A program made the translations under genes and the position numbers. 34,939 bases of DNA from an uncultured Methanosarcinales archaeon (lineage in GTDB: Archaea; Nanobdellota; Nanobdellia; Woesearchaeales; GW2011-AR9), in contig CAYFJV010000003.1 of the NCBI GenBank assembly GCA_964343575.1, forward strand, positions 1 through 34,939, in the 5' to 3' direction. Under the pieces are notes generated by a model that searched no databases, had not been told where the DNA came from, and saw nothing but the letters and a program-made list of their open reading frames with translations. This document shows, piece after piece, positions 26,454 through 34,325 of this stretch. Numbering within the stretch: position 1 is the stretch's first letter; every line of letters starts with the position of its first letter.

Positions 26454-26799
26454 AATTGGAACGGCAACTGCCGATGCAGCAGGAGATGGAACCGCAACAA
26501 AAACCCTCTATGGCCTTATCCGTGCAATTTATGTGGATTACAGTGCAAGTTCTGCAGCTGGGACAGATGTTACAATTGCAGATGCAGATGGCCAGACATA
26601 TCTAACATTAACAAACAATAACACAGACGGGGTTTATTATCCGAGAGCATTTGCAGAGGACACAGTAGGCACCGATTTAGTTTACTCTGGTACTGATAAG
26701 GTTCCAATAAAATTCCCTGCGTATGGGCCGGTAACCTTAACTGTTGCTCAAAACACAGAAGGAGAAACTGTTACAGCTTACGCTTATGTTGAAGAATAG
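26428..26799 (+). CDS. Virion beta-sandwich protein
   Basis: T/A/G-rich ORF in the head module. The track starts at GTG 26419. Confidence 0.6.
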   Translation: MPVNLKRIKIGTATADAAGDGTATKTLYGLIRAIYVDYSASSAAGTDVTIADADGQTYLTLTNNNTDGVYYPRAFAEDTVGTDLVYSGTDKVPIKFPAYGPVTLTVAQNTEGETVTAYAYVEE

Positions 26800-26811
26800 G
26801 GAGGTGAAATT

Positions 26812-27177
26812 ATGCAATTTACAAACAAAACTGGGGAATCAAAGAAGGTGAAAGTGGTAGATACCCAAGAAGATCTAGGGTTCAAGTGGATAACAGTTCT
26901 TAAGGATGAGTCTGTTGATCTTCCAAGATCTCAAGGTTTAGCCTTAGGATTCAAACCTGAGAAAAAAAAGGTAGAGGAGTCTGATGAAGAACAACAATCA
27001 AATGAAGATTACCGGAAAAAACTCATGTCTGTTGATGGGATTGGTAAAAAAACAGCAGAAGACATTATGAAGGCATATCCTACTGCTGATGAATTAAGAG
27101 ATGCAATTTCCGAAGATAAGGAATTGCCCATCAGAGAAGATCTTGTAGAAATGTTGGAAGAGGAATTTTTAGAATGA
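26812..27177 (+). CDS. Helix-hairpin-helix DNA-binding protein
   Basis: LMSVDGIGKKTAEDIMKAY HhH motif, GGAGGTGA RBS. Confidence 0.75.
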   Translation: MQFTNKTGESKKVKVVDTQEDLGFKWITVLKDESVDLPRSQGLALGFKPEKKKVEESDEEQQSNEDYRKKLMSVDGIGKKTAEDIMKAYPTADELRDAISEDKELPIREDLVEMLEEEFLE

Positions 27178-27485
27178 GTGGCAAAAACAAGATCAGAAAA
27201 AAAGAAATGGTGTTTGCACTGTCAAAAAACACAGTTACAATCATAACTTTTCTGATATTGTTGCTTAGTGCTATTTCCTCAGTTATTGCATATAATGTTG
27301 GATCATCTTACAAGATCTCTGAGTTGAGTGAAGATGTACAAGATTTAAAAGATACCACAGACAGTATAGAAACAACAACAAACAAGAACAGCAATAGATT
27401 AACGAGAACAGAGGTTCAATATCAAAACATACAAGATGATCTAAAAGATATCAAAGATCTAATCAAACAATGGCAGATTACATAA
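27174..27485 (+). CDS. Membrane-anchored coiled-coil protein
   Basis: TM segment VTIITFLILLLSAISSVIAY, then NRLTRTEVQYQNIQDDLKDIKDLI. Confidence 0.65.
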   Translation: MSGKNKIRKKEMVFALSKNTVTIITFLILLLSAISSVIAYNVGSSYKISELSEDVQDLKDTTDSIETTTNKNSNRLTRTEVQYQNIQDDLKDIKDLIKQWQIT

Positions 27486-28291
27486 CAGTTGCGGACGTAA
27501 GAAGGGCGTCAGGAGTCCCGTCTAGCTTGATAGGCGATACAGAAGCGACTGCTGCGATTGATGTTGTTGAACCAGCCATGACCAAATGGCTAAACACGGT
27601 GTTTGTTCCAACCCAAAGAATAGATATTTTGGATGGATCCGGCAAAGATACAATAACAACTAGGAAAAATCCTCTACTTGCATTAAAAGCCTTGAAATCA
27701 GATGGAGATACCGTAGCAGTTAGTGGTGTCGAAGTCTACAAGCAAAGCGGTATGATTGTACTCGGAGAGAATGCAGATATAGGAAGGTTTGTTTCAAAGT
27801 CTAGATCAGTAACAATAAAGTACCTTTATGGTCTCATGGAAGAAAGCTCAACAAGCACAACCACTACATCAGCATCCGTGGCTGGGACTGCGGTAGCCTT
27901 ATCCGTTTCTTCAGAAACCGGATTTTCTGATGATGATTGGGTTGAGATTTATGGAATGGACGGAAATAAAGAAGTTGCACAGGTTTCAAGCACAGCATCT
28001 AGTACGATAACTGTTGATGAGTTATTATTTGCTCACGAGAGTGGATCAACAGTCGTTAAATTACAAATTCCTACATACATCAAAAGATTTATGGAAGTTG
28101 AGGCTGCAATATATCTGGCGGTCACAGCAATGGGAAGAACTTATACTTTCAACGCATCTTATAATCTAGGAGATTTAAGTGTAGTTAAAGGAGTCCCTTA
28201 CCTTCACTGGACAAACAGCTATGATAGGCTATCGAAGGAAAGAGATCTCTTGAGAAGACGCATAAGCGTAAGGCCAGTAATGGCAATATGA
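27470..28291 (+). CDS. Head-tail adaptor (SPP1 gp15/HK97 gp6-like) with inserted beta domain
   Basis: YITVADVR N-terminus, DGSGKDTI, SVTIKYLYG...IPTYIK, SYNLGDLSV. Position after the head genes. Confidence 0.75.
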   Translation: MADYITVADVRRASGVPSSLIGDTEATAAIDVVEPAMTKWLNTVFVPTQRIDILDGSGKDTITTRKNPLLALKALKSDGDTVAVSGVEVYKQSGMIVLGENADIGRFVSKSRSVTIKYLYGLMEESSTSTTTTSASVAGTAVALSVSSETGFSDDDWVEIYGMDGNKEVAQVSSTASSTITVDELLFAHESGSTVVKLQIPTYIKRFMEVEAAIYLAVTAMGRTYTFNASYNLGDLSVVKGVPYLHWTNSYDRLSKERDLLRRRISVRPVMAI

Positions 28292-28313
28292 TAATCGAGG
28301 TGAATTAAAAAAA

Positions 28314-28886
28314 ATGGCAGCTACAGTTGCAGTAGAATATTGGAACGGAGGATCTGCAGGATCCCCAACAAAGACAAGTGCTTCAACCTTCAGGTTTAGA
28401 AGTGATGATAGTCCGGCGACTATCGATAATACGAATCCATTAGTTATTCCTTCTTCAGGACAGAATTACAGTTATTGGGCTCACATTGCTTTAGCAATTA
28501 GTGGAACTTTCACACAAGTTGATAACATTAGGGCCTATTCTGATGGAACTATCGGATGGACTCTAGGAACTACAGGTCAAGTGAGAAGAGGTAACAGAGA
28601 TTCAGGAGACAATGGAACTCCAGAGGCTAGTTATGATGTTGCTTCAGGTACTTCAGGAACTACAGGCGATGATTTAGAAACAGCTCACTCTTATTACAGT
28701 GCTCAAACAACTAAATCCTCAAACTTCGCAAGTGATACATCTGCAAGTCCCGTAACAGTGGATACAACAGCGCACACATCCGCAGCAAGTAGTAAGGCAT
28801 TAGTTTTACAAGTTAAAGTGGATAATGATGCGACTTTAGGATCGCAAGCTTCAGAGACATTCACGTTTTTATATGATGAGATATAA
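28314..28886 (+). CDS. Virion structural protein
   Basis: GAGGTGA RBS, S/T-rich beta protein ending FLYDEI. Confidence 0.6.
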   Translation: MAATVAVEYWNGGSAGSPTKTSASTFRFRSDDSPATIDNTNPLVIPSSGQNYSYWAHIALAISGTFTQVDNIRAYSDGTIGWTLGTTGQVRRGNRDSGDNGTPEASYDVASGTSGTTGDDLETAHSYYSAQTTKSSNFASDTSASPVTVDTTAHTSAASSKALVLQVKVDNDATLGSQASETFTFLYDEI

Positions 28887-28900
28887 GGGAGTTATTAATA

Positions 28901-29374
28901 ATGGCTCTCACTCTCATAGAAAACACTACTGAAAGAACTAACGTAGCTACGAACATAACAAACGCCCCTCAGGCAATGAAGGATAAATATGATTACTTTT
29001 GGCTAGCCAAGTTATCTGTAGGATCAGATATTTTTCAATTTAATTCTAGCGGGGTTGAACAGTCCTACTCTCTAGTGAAAACTCAAATTGATGCAACCAA
29101 TGTCACAGATCTCTATTGGATACCTGTTGACGCTTCGAGAAATTGCGTAGGAACCACGATCGTGGGAGGGGATACTTTCCTCAAAGGATTCGGAATGTGG
29201 CGCAGAGGAAGCATTAATTTAACCACAGGTAAGCAAACTTTCTTCTATATCATAGGTTTAGAGAGATCATCTACAGAAGAATGCGTGTTTATCAATTATG
29301 ATTCCAACAAAACACAGGCAAATGATAAGGATTTTGATTTTATGGGATGGGTTGCAGCAAATCCACTTCCATAG
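28901..29374 (+). CDS. Hypothetical protein
   Basis: GGGAG RBS, 157 aa. Confidence 0.65.
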   Translation: MALTLIENTTERTNVATNITNAPQAMKDKYDYFWLAKLSVGSDIFQFNSSGVEQSYSLVKTQIDATNVTDLYWIPVDASRNCVGTTIVGGDTFLKGFGMWRRGSINLTTGKQTFFYIIGLERSSTEECVFINYDSNKTQANDKDFDFMGWVAANPLP

Positions 29375-29385
29375 GAGACTAGAAA

Positions 29386-31413
29386 ATCGCTTGGTATAAC
29401 TCAAATTGGCAATACAGAAAGAAAGTCACTGTGCAAAGCACACAGGTAGCCTCGACTCTAACAGATTTTCCAGTTTATGTTGCATTATCTGATTTAGGAT
29501 CCGATTTTCATACCAATGTTAAAAGCGATGGATCAGATATTGTTGTAACATCTAGCAACGGAACAACTAAACTTTCTAGGGAATTGGTTGCCATTGACAC
29601 AACTGGAAACACCGGAGAATTACATTTTAAGGCTCCAAGTCTTTCTAGTTCGGCAGATACAGATTTTTACATTTATTATGGGTACGCCGCCGCTACTGAA
29701 ATCAATGACACAACGACTTGGAATTCTAACTACTTGGCAGTTTATCATATGCAAGAAGATCCAAGCGGAACTGCTCCTCAAATGTTAGATTCAACTTCTA
29801 ACAATAGGGATCTGACTTCAGAAGGAACCATGACTTCAGGAGATTCAGTAGCAGGAAAATTAGAGGGAAAAGCTTTAGATTTTGATGGAACTGATGATAG
29901 GGTCAATAGTGCTACATCTATATTAGATCCTGATTCATTCGATGCAGGTTTCACAATTTCTTTATGGGCAAAACCAACTAGCAATAACAATAATGAGACA
30001 ATTTATGACTGGCCAGAAACAGCTAGTTTCGGAAGAGTATTTTCTCAATTTAATTCGGATGGAACTTTAGGTTACAGATTTGGATCAGGTGACTCCTCTA
30101 CAAGTTATGCTGGAATAAGTACCTATGCTGCAAACACATGGATTTTACTTCATGCAGTTCATGAAGGAACTTCGAGCAATAAACTATACAAAGATGGTTC
30201 CAATGTCCATACAGATAGCACAGTTCTTTCCTTAGCTAACAACGATTCAACATATCATGCAGGAGATAATGCTGGATCGAGTAGTCCTATGGGAGGTTTA
30301 ATCGATGAAATGAGGATCATGGCTGATGCTCCTACGGCGGATTGGATTTCTTCTGAAGGTGTAAACCAAACTACCCCCAACACTTTTTATTCAGTTGGGA
30401 CCCAAGAAACAGAACCTATTTCAAAAACATTTACAGCCACAGCACTCCTTCAAGATCAAGATAAATCTGTAACTGCAACCTTCGACACATTTTTATTTCA
30501 AGAAATAGCTAAAACTTTTGGAGCAGACACCCTTTTAGAAGCTCACGATACGTCTAAGACTTTTACTTTCGATGCTAGATTAATTAACCAATTTACTAAG
30601 ACTCTAACTTTTGATACTCTGCTTAAGGGAGAAAATTCTCAGAATTTCACCTTTGATACGTTGTTAGAAGGTCAAGGAGTTCAAGCCGGATTTACAGCAG
30701 ATACATTGCTAGAAGAACACAACAAAACTAAAACCTTTTCATTTACTGCATTGCTTCAAACTCCGGACAATTCAGATACTTTCACAGCAGATACTTTATT
30801 GCAGGGTGCAGTTTCAGAAACATTTACAGCTGATGCATTGTTACAAAGAGAGAATAGTTTAAACTTCCAATTTGACACTATTCTCCAAGGAGGAGTTTCC
30901 AAAACATTCGATTTCGATGCAGTGTTAGTGCTCGGCGAAAGATCAAAAACATTCTGTTTTAGTTCATTGTTAGTTACTGCTCAACAAAAAACAGATTCAG
31001 AAACAGTCCTCGCTGACTTCGAGCAGATTCTAGATGAAAAGGGTCAACATCTTAGACTAATTAAACAAACAGTTACCACTGATGCAATGGGACGTGCCGA
31101 TTCTGTGTCAGAAGTGCGTCATGATATCCTAGCTGTTGTTCAACCAATAAATGCAAGAGACCTCGCAAGATTGGGTTATGGACTAGCTGTTTCAGGTCTA
31201 AAGAAGGGATATTTTAAACCTACATACACATCAGGATCAGACACGATCAGAGTTCAAGAAGGAGATATAATTGTTGATCAATTCCAGACACTTTGGAAGG
31301 TGGACTCGATTGAAAGAGACGAGCATGATTCTTATCTTCCAATCTATCTAAAAGGTATTCTGAAGAATGTAGGGAATGAAGGATCCAACAATGCAGACGT
31401 ACAATGCGCTTAA
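29386..31413 (+). CDS. DUF2341 + LamG/concanavalin-like adhesin with repeat stalk, fused to a head-closure (stopper)-like domain; probable ATC start
   Basis: AWYNSNWQYRKKVTV...TDFPV...DGSDI...FYIYYG (DUF2341); ALDFDGTDD, FTISLWAK, GLIDEMRI (LamG); KTFTADTLL-type repeats; C-terminal ~140-aa stopper-like domain. Confidence 0.8.
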   Translation: MAWYNSNWQYRKKVTVQSTQVASTLTDFPVYVALSDLGSDFHTNVKSDGSDIVVTSSNGTTKLSRELVAIDTTGNTGELHFKAPSLSSSADTDFYIYYGYAAATEINDTTTWNSNYLAVYHMQEDPSGTAPQMLDSTSNNRDLTSEGTMTSGDSVAGKLEGKALDFDGTDDRVNSATSILDPDSFDAGFTISLWAKPTSNNNNETIYDWPETASFGRVFSQFNSDGTLGYRFGSGDSSTSYAGISTYAANTWILLHAVHEGTSSNKLYKDGSNVHTDSTVLSLANNDSTYHAGDNAGSSSPMGGLIDEMRIMADAPTADWISSEGVNQTTPNTFYSVGTQETEPISKTFTATALLQDQDKSVTATFDTFLFQEIAKTFGADTLLEAHDTSKTFTFDARLINQFTKTLTFDTLLKGENSQNFTFDTLLEGQGVQAGFTADTLLEEHNKTKTFSFTALLQTPDNSDTFTADTLLQGAVSETFTADALLQRENSLNFQFDTILQGGVSKTFDFDAVLVLGERSKTFCFSSLLVTAQQKTDSETVLADFEQILDEKGQHLRLIKQTVTTDAMGRADSVSEVRHDILAVVQPINARDLARLGYGLAVSGLKKGYFKPTYTSGSDTIRVQEGDIIVDQFQTLWKVDSIERDEHDSYLPIYLKGILKNVGNEGSNNADVQCA

Positions 31414-31838
31414 AATTCGGATTAAAAACAAGTGATCTAAGGGGCATGGAGAAAGTAACTCTCGATAAGTCTAAAGAGGTTCTATTTCAGGCAATGGTTA
31501 AAATGGAGAGTTTAGCTGTTAAGAATGCTGTTGTAGATACCGGAAGATTAAGAAACTCAATTTTTCTAAATCCCACGATTAAAGGGGCAACAGAATACAC
31601 ATTAGGCGTTGGAGTAAAATATGGATCTGATGTAGAATATGGCACATCACCCCACATGGTCGGAGCTGAAGCATTGAAAGGATGGAGTAAAAGAGTGTTG
31701 GGAGATGAAAATGCAGCATATGCAGTTGCGAGAAAGATATCTAAGTTTGGAACTGATGCACAACCTTTCATGAGACCAGCACTTTCAGAAGTTGAGAATA
31801 TATGGTTGCCTGCAATAAAAAACCGTGTCTTTGGCTGA
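31404..31838 (+). CDS. Neck/tail completion protein (HK97 gp10-like)
   Basis: VDTGRLRNSI, YGSDVEYGT, AQPFMRPAL. Confidence 0.85.
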   Translation: MRLKFGLKTSDLRGMEKVTLDKSKEVLFQAMVKMESLAVKNAVVDTGRLRNSIFLNPTIKGATEYTLGVGVKYGSDVEYGTSPHMVGAEALKGWSKRVLGDENAAYAVARKISKFGTDAQPFMRPALSEVENIWLPAIKNRVFG

Positions 31839-31880
31839 AGCCCAAAAAGGTTTATAATATATTAGAATATTAGGAATTTA
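31830..31880 (+). promoter_or_regulatory. Putative late promoter (tail operon)
   Basis: AAAAAGG-TTTATAAT at 31851-31858. Shares TAATAT-N6-ATATTA with the 21858 promoter. Confidence 0.55.
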
Positions 31881-31912
31881 TGCCAAGAGGCTAAGCTGAT
31901 CCAAGAGGAAAA

Positions 31913-32620
31913 ATGGCTGATTATTTGAACCCTAAAGATATAGTTGTACAGTTTCTTAGAAAGCATTTAACAGATCCAAGAGAAAGATCCGATATTTTTG
32001 GCACTGATACTTTCACTGCAATTGCAAATCAAAAAGAATTCTCATTAACTCCTAAAACAGGAAATAAGGTATATACTATAACATCTGTTACAGTCAATGG
32101 GACTGCGCAAAACATATGGGAACATTTTTATTTGGATGAGAAGGATCAAGAGTTAATATTCCTGACAGGTCTAAATGCAGGGGACACGGTTATTGTAGCC
32201 TATAAAGAAGGATCTACAAATTGGATTTACCCAGATAAACCCAATAAAAAGCTCAGCGCAATTTCATTTCCAAGAATGAGCATTATGGTTGTTACTTCTC
32301 CCGGCAGTAGATTAGGAAACTTTGAAGCACCTGTTGAAACAACATTAAGATTTCAAGTAGACATATGGACAAAAGAGAAAGCTGCAAATCAGATTTTTAC
32401 GATAAACAATAAAAAATATGCAGGAGAAGGCTTAGCAGACTACTTAGCCTATCAGGTAACTCAGGCATTTCAAGACAATGAAGATGAGTTGCATCCGGCT
32501 CTCTTCGCTTATAATCCTTTACAAATTCCGAGAGATATGCCTTTCAATGAGGAATATCAATCACATCACAAAATAATAGAGTTCAGCCTTAAAGGCTTGA
32601 ATATCGGGAGCATTAGCTGA
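31913..32620 (+). CDS. Tail terminator-like protein with inserted beta domain
   Basis: WIYPDKP...FPRMSI...LRFQVDIWT, located between neck and tail tube. Confidence 0.7.
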   Translation: MADYLNPKDIVVQFLRKHLTDPRERSDIFGTDTFTAIANQKEFSLTPKTGNKVYTITSVTVNGTAQNIWEHFYLDEKDQELIFLTGLNAGDTVIVAYKEGSTNWIYPDKPNKKLSAISFPRMSIMVVTSPGSRLGNFEAPVETTLRFQVDIWTKEKAANQIFTINNKKYAGEGLADYLAYQVTQAFQDNEDELHPALFAYNPLQIPRDMPFNEEYQSHHKIIEFSLKGLNIGSIS

Positions 32621-32733
32621 TATTTGTTAGGAAAAATAACAAAATTGAAAATTTATTGCCGGTCTGTGATAAGTGTCATAGTAAAATACACTTTCCAGAT
32701 GGAAAGATTGGCAAAAATTATAATACGAGGTGA
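32617..32733 (+). pseudogene. HNH endonuclease C-terminal remnant
   Basis: Frame reads RKNNKIENLLPVCDKCHSKIH, with no ATG and no upstream HH motif. Confidence 0.7.
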
Positions 32734-32739
32734 TCAAAA

Positions 32740-33711
32740 ATTGCGTTTACAGAATTTCTAACGGGGAAGAGATCCAGAATTAGCTGGGTTGAGGAAACAA
32801 GTTTTGGAAGTGGGGGAAATATGGCGACCAATGGTTTAATCATAGGCCATAATGCGATTATAGAACCCGACTTAAATCAAAACTGGTCAGAAGTTTTATC
32901 TGCTGGTGCAGATGCTAGGACTGTGGAAGATAGAGTTTTAGGACCATTGGCATTACCATTTAAATTAACCTTCTTTGTTGAGTCATGGGTTTTCTTAAAA
33001 TATCTAGGTTATGATGTGGCTGATGCGGGATCAGATCCCTACACTCACACATTTACATTAAGAAATACTATTAGATCTTTCAAAATAGAGGTGGCTACAA
33101 GACACACCACACCGGTGGTTGTAACATTTACAGGATGCGGAGCTAAAACAGGCACTATTTCGTGGGAGAAGGCAACAGGTGAAGGAGATGAAGGATTTAT
33201 CAAAGTAGAACTCGATTGTGTGGCTCAGGCTTATTCGGTTGGATCAAGCGTGACAACACTTACGAATTCAGCATTATCTACTGATCCTTTCCAATGGAGA
33301 CACTTTAAGGCGACAATAAGTGGATCAGAAGTCGTTGAAGTAAATAGTGGAAACATAGTTATTGATCAAGGAATCAGCGAAGATGACAGTAGATATTGTA
33401 ACTCCACGCTTAACAGAGCTGTAGGGGAATTAATCCCCGGTGTTCAGAGAACTAGCGGATTGATTAATATCAATCTTAAAGATAGCACATTCCACGACTT
33501 TTGGGCTACTGAAGCTGCTATCACTGGAACCAACAAGTTAGAGTTCATTCGTGGAGCGAGTGACAAATTAGAAATGGATATGAGTAATTTCAGAATGGGC
33601 AAAGCACCTTTTCCAAGTACAAATTTAGAGGGTGTTGAAAGTGCTGATGCTGAATTTACAATAGAAAGTTTTACTACATTAAAGGCTACAGATAGCGTAG
33701 CAACATATTAG
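32740..33711 (+). CDS. Major tail tube protein; probable ATT start
   Basis: GAGGTGA RBS then ATT-GCG. AFTEFLTGKRSRISWVEETSFG continues in frame into the 32821 ORF. PYTHTFT motif, precedes chaperone and TMP. Confidence 0.8.
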   Translation: MAFTEFLTGKRSRISWVEETSFGSGGNMATNGLIIGHNAIIEPDLNQNWSEVLSAGADARTVEDRVLGPLALPFKLTFFVESWVFLKYLGYDVADAGSDPYTHTFTLRNTIRSFKIEVATRHTTPVVVTFTGCGAKTGTISWEKATGEGDEGFIKVELDCVAQAYSVGSSVTTLTNSALSTDPFQWRHFKATISGSEVVEVNSGNIVIDQGISEDDSRYCNSTLNRAVGELIPGVQRTSGLININLKDSTFHDFWATEAAITGTNKLEFIRGASDKLEMDMSNFRMGKAPFPSTNLEGVESADAEFTIESFTTLKATDSVATY

Positions 33712-33722
33712 GAGTGATATAA

Positions 33723-34094
33723 ATGAGTAAATGGAGAGATCAATTGGTTAAGGGGGACTTGATTACTGTTGAAGTTCAAGGTATGAAATTCTCCTTTAAG
33801 GAATGGGACACTGCAAAAGATGCGAGAGTTAGTGCAGACTGTTCGATTATCAAAGATGGAAAGAGAGACGTTGATATGTCAGTATATCATAAAGAGCTTT
33901 TGTTATCTCTGGAAGAAGTTCCGTATGACAAAGAAGATATTAAAGAGTTCATTGGAGAAGACAAAGAATGGAAAGATCTCGATAGAGATCAGAAATGGGC
34001 TTTTATAGGCAAACAGAACAAGCATCTTTCTGCTGAGTTAGTTGACGCTATGGAACAGGCACAAAATAGAGGTGATGCCACAAAAAAAGGTTAA
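33723..34094 (+). CDS. Tail assembly chaperone (lambda gpG-like)
   Basis: Between tail tube and TMP, ends TKKG* over an A7 slippery run. Confidence 0.8.
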   Translation: MSKWRDQLVKGDLITVEVQGMKFSFKEWDTAKDARVSADCSIIKDGKRDVDMSVYHKELLLSLEEVPYDKEDIKEFIGEDKEWKDLDRDQKWAFIGKQNKHLSAELVDAMEQAQNRGDATKKG

Positions 34095-34324
34095 TTCGCA
34101 AGATAGCGATAGCTGATCCAAAAATGGGAGTTACATTAGAGACTCCAGAAGAAAAGTTTTATTTTGGAATGTATCTTTTTTTCAAGAATGGAATCCCTCC
34201 AAGTGTTTATAGAAAAGAAGCTTCAAGTGATGCAAGAATGATGGAAGACTTGGATTCAGCGGTTTCAGGCAGAGAGATGGGAAATGCGAATATTATGGAA
34301 ATGATAAACAAGATGAGGCGATAA
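34082..34324 (+). CDS. -1 frameshift extension of the chaperone (gpGT-like)
   Basis: A AAA AAA heptamer at 34082-34088. The -1 frame reads RLIRKIAIADPKMGV...KMRR* with no stop. Confidence 0.75.
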   Translation, partial: KKRLIRKIAIADPKMGVTLETPEEKFYFGMYLFFKNGIPPSVYRKEASSDARMMEDLDSAVSGREMGNANIMEMINKMRR

Positions 34325-34325
34325 A

